DNA from: Geopsychrobacteraceae bacterium
Lineage (GTDB): Bacteria > Desulfobacterota > Desulfuromonadia > Desulfuromonadales > Geopsychrobacteraceae
NCBI GenBank assembly: GCA_963676795.2
Contig: CAXXTB010000001.1
Coordinates: 1 to 64,000 of the forward strand
DNA: 64,000 bases
Direction: 5' to 3'
Shown here: piece after piece, positions 57,031-64,000 of the stretch
Layout: each line of letters begins with the position of its first letter
How positions within the stretch are numbered: the stretch's first letter is position 1
Position numbers and translations under genes: made by a program
Notes under the pieces: model-generated
What the model saw: only the letters and a program-made list of their open reading frames with translations
Databases searched by the model: none
Told to the model about the DNA's origin: nothing

Positions 57031-59547
57031 TCAAACCCTGCTGACAGAAACTGAGATCCGGTTACAGCCTTCCGGCAGCAGCCGGGAGATACCCAGCTCG
57101 GCGAAGCAGCTTGGCGCGAAGACCAGCCCCTCGGGAAGCAGAGGCGAGATCTTGACCGGGCCACAGGCAGAACCGAGCGCCGTGGTCAGACGGACCTGGT
57201 CGCCGTTGACGACACCGGCAGCCTGGGCATCCACGGAGCTGAGTTCGATGACCGCTTCGGACTCGATCTCCTGCAGCGCCGCGACCCGGCCGCTGGTCGT
57301 ACCGAAGTGAGCCCTGGCGTTACCACTGAGCAGCTGCAGCCCCACGGAACAATCGCGCTGCACAACCGGCTGATACTCCAGCGACTGATCGGCGACAGCA
57401 AAGACCTTGCAGGCCAGCTGCTCGGGATAGAGCCCGGTCAGCTCACGGATCTCCTCGAGAACCAGAGTCGGATCGCCACTCTGCTTCTCACCCGTGAGAC
57501 GGCTCAGAAGCTCGGCGAAAACGACCCCTTCTTCACGGCAGGTCGCGGCTGGCGTTATCGCCTTACGGGCCCGGGTCAGGGTCCCGTCCAGGGTGGTGAA
57601 AGTCCCGTTCTTCTCGGCTGAACTGCAGCCGGGCAGAACAACGTCGGCCATATCGGTAATCGCTGTCGGAAAGATATCCTGAACAACCAGGAATTCCACC
57701 TTGGCCAGGGCATTCATCCAGCGGCCACTGTCGGCAAAACACTGAGGATTGTTGGCGGCCAGATAGAGCATACGGATATTCCCCGCCTCGATCTCGCTGA
57801 GCATCCCTTCAGCATTGAGCCCGCCCTCCGGCAAGGCGACGCCCCAGGCCCTGGCAAATTTTTCCTTGCCACCGGCATAGGATTGATAGCCGGGCAACCC
57901 CTCGGGATAGACACCCATATCGAGAACGCCCTGCATGTTCCCCTTGTCGGCAAGCGGGAAGACCGCGCCACCGCTCAAGGCACAGGTCACGATCGCCAGG
58001 TTGGCCATCGCCGCCGACTTGTAGGTTCCGTAGGCCGACTTCTTGATATCGGAACCGAAGACGATGACCAGTTTACGCGCCGTACCGATCAGGTCGGCGG
58101 CGTTCTCCAGCGTCTCGAGCGACAGGCCGGTCGCTTCGACGACCTGCTTCATATCGACGGCGGCCAGATCGTCCTTGAGCGCATCGAGGTTGATGACCGT
58201 CCGTTCGATCTCGTTTTCCCGCAGATGGCCGCGCTGTGCCAGCAGGCGGCAAAGACCCATGATCAAGGGGATTTCACTCCCCGGCTTGTAGGTCAGCTGA
58301 CTATTGGAGAACTGGCTGAGGTGGATACGGCGCATGTTGGCGACAACCAGACGGCCGTCATGGAGCCGTACGGTCTCCTGAATCTTCCAGTCGATCAGTG
58401 GCGCTTCTGCAGCCGGATCGGCGCCGAAGACCAGGATGGTGTCAGCCTCGGCGATGGCGTCGATCTTGTGGCTGGCGCCGGTCAGACCGATCCCCTTGTA
58501 AAGGCTGCGCAGGGTGCGGATCGCCCCGAAACGCGCCTCGGAATCGATATTGTTGCTGCCGATGCCGACCCTGAACAGCTTCTGGAACAGGAAGTTCTCT
58601 TCGTTGGTCAGATGCGGCGAGGACAGCCCGGCAATCGCTGCGGCACCCGACTCGCTGCGGATCGATTGAACCTTTTCGACAATCCGCGTAAGCGCCTGCT
58701 CCCAGCTCGCCTCTTCCTTGTCAACCAGCGGGGTCGTCAGACGCTCCTCGCTGTTGACATAGTCATAGCCGAAATAACCGGCAACACAGAGCAGGCCGCG
58801 GTTGATAGTGGCATCATCGGTCGTCACCCGGTAGATCTTGTTGTCCCTGACATTCAGCTCGATCGGGCAGAGGCTCGGGCAGAAGGTACAGATGGTCGGC
58901 ACCTTGGTCAGGGTCCAGGGGCGCGCCTTGTAACGGAACGGCTTGGAGACCATCGCTCCGGTCGGACAGACCGAAACGCAGTTGCCGCAGTAGGTACAGC
59001 GAGCGAGGTTCTTCTCGATGTGCGCCCGATCCCCCTTTTCACTGATCGACAGGGCATCGGCTCCGACCAGTTCATGACAGACCTTGACGCACTTTTTGCA
59101 GAGGATACAGCGCGACGGCACATGCTGGATCAGCGGCCAGTGGTTGACGGCCGGCGGCCGGACATCCTCGGCACTGAACAGCTGCTCCTTGACTCCCAGC
59201 TCAAAGCAGATATTCTGCAGCTGGCACTCGCCGGCCGCATCACAGACCGGGCAGTCGAGCGGGTGATTAACCAGGATCAGCTTCAGCGTCTGGCGGCGCA
59301 GTTTGGTCAATTTCTCCGACTGGGTGGTGACAACGATCCCTTCCTTGACCTCGGTGTTACAGGCGGTCATCGGCCGGTCGACCCCTGCCACCTCAACGAT
59401 ACAGATCCGGCAGGCGCCGTTGGCCGAGACCTTCTCCAGCCAGCAGAGGGTAGGGATTTTGATCCCGACAGTTTCAGCCGCTTTGAGAATCGTCGTTCCC
59501 GCTTCAACAGCAACCGCTTTTCCATCAATTGTCAGATTGACCATCAT
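57031..59547 (-). CDS. sfrA: NADPH oxidoreductase alpha subunit (SfrA; NuoG/molybdopterin-oxidoreductase-like Fe-S protein)
   Basis: IPTLC..ACRIC..C (2Fe-2S), HPLDCPVCD..GEC, CILCKKC, CTYCGNC..CP, CTFCPSLC; follows the SfrB-like gene. Confidence 0.85.
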   Translation of the reverse strand: MMVNLTIDGKAVAVEAGTTILKAAETVGIKIPTLCWLEKVSANGACRICIVEVAGVDRPMTACNTEVKEGIVVTTQSEKLTKLRRQTLKLILVNHPLDCPVCDAAGECQLQNICFELGVKEQLFSAEDVRPPAVNHWPLIQHVPSRCILCKKCVKVCHELVGADALSISEKGDRAHIEKNLARCTYCGNCVSVCPTGAMVSKPFRYKARPWTLTKVPTICTFCPSLCPIELNVRDNKIYRVTTDDATINRGLLCVAGYFGYDYVNSEERLTTPLVDKEEASWEQALTRIVEKVQSIRSESGAAAIAGLSSPHLTNEENFLFQKLFRVGIGSNNIDSEARFGAIRTLRSLYKGIGLTGASHKIDAIAEADTILVFGADPAAEAPLIDWKIQETVRLHDGRLVVANMRRIHLSQFSNSQLTYKPGSEIPLIMGLCRLLAQRGHLRENEIERTVINLDALKDDLAAVDMKQVVEATGLSLETLENAADLIGTARKLVIVFGSDIKKSAYGTYKSAAMANLAIVTCALSGGAVFPLADKGNMQGVLDMGVYPEGLPGYQSYAGGKEKFARAWGVALPEGGLNAEGMLSEIEAGNIRMLYLAANNPQCFADSGRWMNALAKVEFLVVQDIFPTAITDMADVVLPGCSSAEKNGTFTTLDGTLTRARKAITPAATCREEGVVFAELLSRLTGEKQSGDPTLVLEEIRELTGLYPEQLACKVFAVADQSLEYQPVVQRDCSVGLQLLSGNARAHFGTTSGRVAALQEIESEAVIELSSVDAQAAGVVNGDQVRLTTALGSACGPVKISPLLPEGLVFAPSCFAELGISRLLPEGCNRISVSVSRV

Positions 59548-59631
59548 TGTTCACCTCTTACAAACATATCTGCAGATCAGTCTGATGAAACAAACCTTGG
59601 ACTGTGATGCAAAGTTTGTTTCAACTGATTT

Positions 59632-60026
59632 CCAACAAAATTCCGCAAAGCGGAATTTTTTCGATTCTGCCCATTCAATGAGCTTGCTCATTGCCGGGCG
59701 CATTGTCAGCTGCTGGTTGAAACCTACGGAGAAAATGCCGTCAATTTTCGCCAGCGTTAAAAGGGCGTTTTTGCTTACTTTTGCCGCCCAGGGCAAAAGT
59801 AAGGCGCCGTGCGGGGGCGCAACCCCGCGATTTTGATCTAGCAAACAACATCAACAAAAAACAAAAACCGGCGGGTCTCGTCCCGCCTGACGACTGACTT
59901 TCCTTTGGTCGCAAAGGAAACTTTTTCACAAGCTGACGTGAACCGTTTATTCCGTTCAGCTACGGCTCACACCAACGAATCGGAACGCGCCCTGTGAGGA
60001 GCGAGCTCCTCAAACGGGCCGAACCG
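59632..60026. repeat. ~400 bp multi-hairpin dispersed element, copy B
   Basis: Colinear with, and same orientation as, 12732-13139; lies between sfrB and sfrA. Confidence 0.85.
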
Positions 60027-60042
60027 AATTTATTTTTTATGG

Positions 60043-62067
60043 TTAGATTGCGATCATCGACACCCGGTAGCAGCGCAGGCAACGCTCTGCCTCGCGCACC
60101 GCCTCCGAGTCCTTGAAGCCCAGCTCAACCTCTTCGTAGTTGCCGGTCTCGGCGCGCTCACGGCCGTGAATCTCGTACTGGTTGAAGCGCCCGACGGCAT
60201 CAAGCCAGCCGACGTTTTCATCCTCGTCGTAGACCTCAAGATAGTTGAGGATATCCTCGTGCAGATCGTCGTCGGTCAGGTAGGCAACCCCTTCTTCCAG
60301 CCAGCGGCCGACAACCTGAGCGGCCCGGTGGGCATTGCCGACGCAAGCAACGACGGTATAGGGACCGATCTCGGCCTCACCGCAGGCAAAGACCCCTTCG
60401 ATATCGGTCATCATCGTCCGTGACAGCGGATTGCCTTTACTGTCGCGCATCTCGGCACCCGAGCCCGTAGTCATCGGCACCGCCCTGGTCTTGACCGTGT
60501 TCCAATTGGAGACCCCAATACCGCTGTCTTCGGTAATGAAGGACAGGTCGGAGTCTTGGCCGATGGCCGGGATAACCGTATCGCACTCGATGATGAATTC
60601 GCTCCCGGCAACCGGCTTCGGCCGCCGCCGCCCGGAGGCATCCGGCTCACCAAGTTCCATGCGCTGGCACTCGATACCGGTCACCTGCCCCTTGGCGTCA
60701 GCAACGATCCGCTTCGGCAGCACCAGGAACTCGAACTTGACCCCTTCGACCTCGGCGCCGTCGACCTCCCAGGGTTCGGCCGGCATTTCCTCGCGGGTCC
60801 GGCGATAGAGCAGGATCGACTCGTCGGCCCCCTCGCGGACCGCAACACGGACACAGTCGATCGCCGTATTGCCGCCACCGACAACGCAGACCTTCTTGCC
60901 CATGCCGGAGTCTTTCCCCATATAGACATCACGCAGAAAGTCGATCCCGCCCTTGAGAAAACCCCTGTACCCCTTGTCTTCCCCTTCGACCCCCATCGCT
61001 TTCGATTTGTGGGCACCCGGTGCGATCAGCACGGCGTTATGTTTCTCTTTCAGCTCGGACAGGCTGATATCGACACCGACCTTGCAGTTGTAAACGATCT
61101 CGACCCCAAGCGACTGGATGATATCGATCTCACGCTGCAACAGGTGGCGCGGCATCCGGTAGGCAGGGATACCGACGGCGATCATACCGCCGCCGAACCC
61201 TTCCGGCAGGGTTTCATAGATGGTGCAGCCATAACCTTCCATGGCCAGGAAGAAGGCCGCCGTCAGGCCGGCCGGACCGGCACCGATAATTGCGACACTC
61301 TTCTCCTTGCGCGGTTTCGGCTGAAATTGCGGCTCGCGCTGATGCTGCCATTCATAGTCGGAGGCGGTGCGCTTGAGAACCATGATATTGACCGGTTCAT
61401 CAACCAGGGCCCGGCGGCAGGCAGTCTCACAGGGGTGCGGACAGACCCGGCCACAGACGGCCGGCAACGGCATGCTCTGGCGAATGATCTCCAGCGACTT
61501 GTCGAAGCGCCGGTTCCGGATTGCCTCAACATAGGCCGGGATATCGATATGGGCCGGACACTTGTCCTGGCAGGGCGCTGTCACCTTCGATTTATATTCG
61601 ACGTTACGGCCGGCAACGGCACTGCCGTCGATATAGGCCAGGTAGTTGTCACGGAAATGGACGATGCTGTCGACGATCGGAATGACCGAGGTCTGACAGA
61701 GGGTGCATTTGCAGTTCTGCAGCAATTCCCCCAGGGTCTCAATGGTCTGAAGATCCTGCTCCGATCCCTGCCCGGCGACAATCCGCGCCAGGGTATCCTG
61801 CATAACCCGGGTTCCCTTTTTACCGGGCGAACACTTGCCGCAGCAGTACTCTTCCTGAATACGTTTGGCATATTCAGCCGCCATCAATACGACATCGACG
61901 CTTTCGTCCTTGAGGATGAGACCGTCCCAGCCCATAAATGCGGCAATTTCGCGTTCGCCATCGAAGGCGACCGGCAGTTTCTTGCTCAATTCCAGGGAGC
62001 AGAGCTGATCGCCCTGGCGGTTATCGACAACCTGTCTTCCCCAGCTGGAGAATACAACCTTTGACAT
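60043..62067 (-). CDS. sfrB: NADPH oxidoreductase beta subunit (SfrB; GltD-like FAD/Fe-S protein)
   Basis: Start moved to ATG 62067 (AAGGAGG); MSKVVFSSWG, CCGKCSPG, APCQDKCP, CGRVCPHPCE, GAGPAG, GGGNTAID, EAERCLRC. Confidence 0.88.
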   Translation of the reverse strand: MSKVVFSSWGRQVVDNRQGDQLCSLELSKKLPVAFDGEREIAAFMGWDGLILKDESVDVVLMAAEYAKRIQEEYCCGKCSPGKKGTRVMQDTLARIVAGQGSEQDLQTIETLGELLQNCKCTLCQTSVIPIVDSIVHFRDNYLAYIDGSAVAGRNVEYKSKVTAPCQDKCPAHIDIPAYVEAIRNRRFDKSLEIIRQSMPLPAVCGRVCPHPCETACRRALVDEPVNIMVLKRTASDYEWQHQREPQFQPKPRKEKSVAIIGAGPAGLTAAFFLAMEGYGCTIYETLPEGFGGGMIAVGIPAYRMPRHLLQREIDIIQSLGVEIVYNCKVGVDISLSELKEKHNAVLIAPGAHKSKAMGVEGEDKGYRGFLKGGIDFLRDVYMGKDSGMGKKVCVVGGGNTAIDCVRVAVREGADESILLYRRTREEMPAEPWEVDGAEVEGVKFEFLVLPKRIVADAKGQVTGIECQRMELGEPDASGRRRPKPVAGSEFIIECDTVIPAIGQDSDLSFITEDSGIGVSNWNTVKTRAVPMTTGSGAEMRDSKGNPLSRTMMTDIEGVFACGEAEIGPYTVVACVGNAHRAAQVVGRWLEEGVAYLTDDDLHEDILNYLEVYDEDENVGWLDAVGRFNQYEIHGRERAETGNYEEVELGFKDSEAVREAERCLRCYRVSMIAI

Positions 62068-62275
62068 CTTTCCTCCTTTACCGTCTGGCCCGTGAAAAGG
62101 CCGACCCCACCCCCCGGGAGGTGGACTGTCCTGCAAAAATACGCAAACCGGGGTATAAAAAATTGAATGTGGCGACTGTCAGGATTACCAAAGCGAAAAT
62201 CCTTCGCCCATGTGGTCGAAGGAATAGATCCTGCCCTGACAAATCAGATATTCTGTCTGTGGAATGGTAAAGAAA

Positions 62276-62701
62276 TCACTTCTTCCAGGGAACTTCCGGA
62301 GGAGCTTTCTCGATCAGCCAGACACCTTGCTTGAGAGTCTTTTCCCGAATCAGAATCCACTCCTGAGTCCAGGTCCAGGTCCGAACCCGGCTCGACGGCA
62401 GGTGGTAATATTCCATTTCGTAGACAACTTCGGCACCGTTCTCTTTTTTCTCCAAATCAATCTTCTTGACCCGACTGTCGACAACAAAGAGGTCGGGATC
62501 CTCTTCAAACTGCGCCAGGAACTCCTCCTGGGCAGCAGGAACGACATAGCGCGACGCTCCGAAAAAATCCTTCCAGCGCAGCGCTTCGCAGAAATTATTC
62601 GTGGTCAGGACAAAATCGGTCGTCGGGTTGTACTTTTCGGTTCCGGCACAGCCGGTCAGAGCCAGCAGGAGAAAGAGCATGATGATCAGAAGTCTTTTCA
62701 T
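62276..62701 (-). CDS. Hypothetical lipoprotein
   Basis: MKRLLIIMLFLLLALTGC lipoprotein signal from ATG 62701. Confidence 0.7.
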   Translation of the reverse strand: MKRLLIIMLFLLLALTGCAGTEKYNPTTDFVLTTNNFCEALRWKDFFGASRYVVPAAQEEFLAQFEEDPDLFVVDSRVKKIDLEKKENGAEVVYEMEYYHLPSSRVRTWTWTQEWILIREKTLKQGVWLIEKAPPEVPWKK

Positions 62702-62717
62702 CGCGCTACCCTTCATC

Positions 62718-63383
62718 TCAGGCCCGCCCTGCAGCCGCATTCTGTTTCAGCCGGGCGATTGTTTCAGCGTAGTTGTCACTGCCGAATACAGCGCTACCGG
62801 CGACAAAAACATCAGCACCTGCTGCAGCAACCTTCTCGATATTGTCGACCTTGACACCGCCGTCGACTTCCAGCTCGATCGGCTTGCCGAGGGCGTCGAT
62901 CCGCTTGCGCAGTTCAGTGATTTTCGGCAGGCAGCTGTCGATGAACGACTGACCACCGAAACCCGGGTTGACGGTCATCAGCAGCACCAGGTCAAGATCG
63001 GGCAGAATCATGTCGAGAGCACTCAGTGAGGTCGCCGGATTGAGCGACACACCGGCCTTCTTGCCGAGCGACTTGATCAGCTGAACAGTCCGGTGCAGAT
63101 GGGTCGCAGCCTCGGCATGGACGACGATGATGTCGGCCCCCGCCTTGGCAAAATCCGCAATATAGAGATCCGGGTTCTCGATCATCAGGTGAACGTCGAG
63201 GGGCAGATCGGTGACCGGCCGGATCGCGTTGACGATCAGCGGACCGATGGTGATGTTCGGTACGAAGTGGCCGTCCATGACATCGACATGAACATAATCG
63301 GCGCCACCTTCAGCGATAGCGCGAACCTCATCACCCAGACGGGCGAAATCGGCAGACAGAATCGATGGTGCAATCTTCATCAT
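62718..63383 (-). CDS. rpe: Ribulose-phosphate 3-epimerase
   Basis: [42 protein letters not shown]. Confidence 0.98.
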   Translation of the reverse strand: MMKIAPSILSADFARLGDEVRAIAEGGADYVHVDVMDGHFVPNITIGPLIVNAIRPVTDLPLDVHLMIENPDLYIADFAKAGADIIVVHAEAATHLHRTVQLIKSLGKKAGVSLNPATSLSALDMILPDLDLVLLMTVNPGFGGQSFIDSCLPKITELRKRIDALGKPIELEVDGGVKVDNIEKVAAAGADVFVAGSAVFGSDNYAETIARLKQNAAAGRA

Positions 63384-63406
63384 AGAACTGGTTTACCTTT
63401 ATTCTT

Positions 63407-64000
63407 TCAATGTTCCCTGCGCCTGAAGCGGGCGGCAAAAAACGCATCCATCCCCCCGTGCAGGTGGGGATAGCTGCGCAAAGTCCCCTGCACTGTAAAC
63501 AGTTCTCGCCAGCAAGGCAAACTTTCTTGCAAATTTTCCAGGACAAACTGCGGATGTTCGTTCAGGAAGTCTTCGACAACCGCATCGGTTTCCAGGTGGC
63601 TGAAGGTACAGAGCGTGTAGAGCAGAATTCCCCCCGGCTTGACCAGATGCGAAACGTTATGCAGCAGGTGCTGCTGGAGAATCGCCAGCTCCTTGATGTT
63701 GGCCGGCCCCTTGTTCCAGCGCCCTTCCGGATTGCGGCGCAGCACACCCAGACCGCTGCACGGCGCATCAAGAAGGATCCGGTCAAAGCTCTCCGCTTCG
63801 AAAAAATCGGGGATCTCGGTCAGATCCCACTGTCTGGCCCTGATCGACGTGCAACCGAGCCGGGCCGCCCCGCTTTCGAGCAGCTCAACCCGCTGGGGGT
63901 ATTTTTCCAGGGCCATGATCTCGGCCTGGTTGGCGGTCAACGCGGCGATATGGGTGGTCTTGCCACCGGGCGCTGCACAGCAGTCGAGAATGCGCTGCCC
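63407..64000 (-). CDS. rsmB: 16S rRNA m5C967 methyltransferase, 5'-truncated by the window edge
   Basis: Frame open to base 64000: LDCCAAPGGKT, LLDAPCSGLG..RRNPE, LYTLCT, DAFFAA. Confidence 0.92.
   Translation of the reverse strand, partial: GQRILDCCAAPGGKTTHIAALTANQAEIMALEKYPQRVELLESGAARLGCTSIRARQWDLTEIPDFFEAESFDRILLDAPCSGLGVLRRNPEGRWNKGPANIKELAILQQHLLHNVSHLVKPGGILLYTLCTFSHLETDAVVEDFLNEHPQFVLENLQESLPCWRELFTVQGTLRSYPHLHGGMDAFFAARFRRREH

Noticed and set aside
1..64000. CRISPR arrays, tRNA/rRNA genes, transposases, integrases, prophage genes
   Set aside because: None recognised; no regularly spaced short direct repeats and no ORF with such motifs (inspection by eye only)

Overview
Window from a GC-rich bacterium, most likely Desulfuromonadales/Geobacterales, inferred from the SfrAB pair and the receptor style. 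It has four blocks. (1) 1-12.6 kb: a tandem array of at least six dCache/di-HAMP methyl-accepting chemotaxis genes with divergent sensor domains but near-identical, mosaic signalling domains; each has a downstream hairpin and four have a sigma70-like promoter. (2) 13.2-18.8 kb: a TolC/MFP/AcrB-family RND pump. (3) 19-54 kb: a ~35 kb type II FAS/PKS-like lipid cluster. A 33-gene minus-strand operon encodes 4 catalytic ketosynthases, 2 chain-length-factor-like proteins, 3 ACPs, FabG, 2 hotdog dehydratases, a thioesterase, a CrtI-like oxidoreductase, an MIO ammonia-lyase, an aryl-CoA ligase, 3 tandem B12 radical SAMs, a hydrolase-radical SAM/SPASM fusion, 2 glycosyltransferases, 2 acyltransferases, a PagL-like barrel, and MMPL/LolA and ABC export. 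It converges on a 3-gene operon (FMN-binding protein, B12 radical SAM, DarB/StlD-like ketosynthase). The cluster looks like a hybrid aryl-polyene/flexirubin-like plus ladderane-cluster-like pathway with no recognisable darA, and is the main candidate for an undescribed system. (4) 54-64 kb: xth, recQ, sfrA, sfrB, a lipoprotein, rpe and partial rsmB. Two non-coding repeat families occur twice each: a ~400 bp multi-hairpin element whose two copies show compensatory base changes, and a ~100 bp palindromic element. All calls come from motif recognition by eye; no database searches or computations were run.
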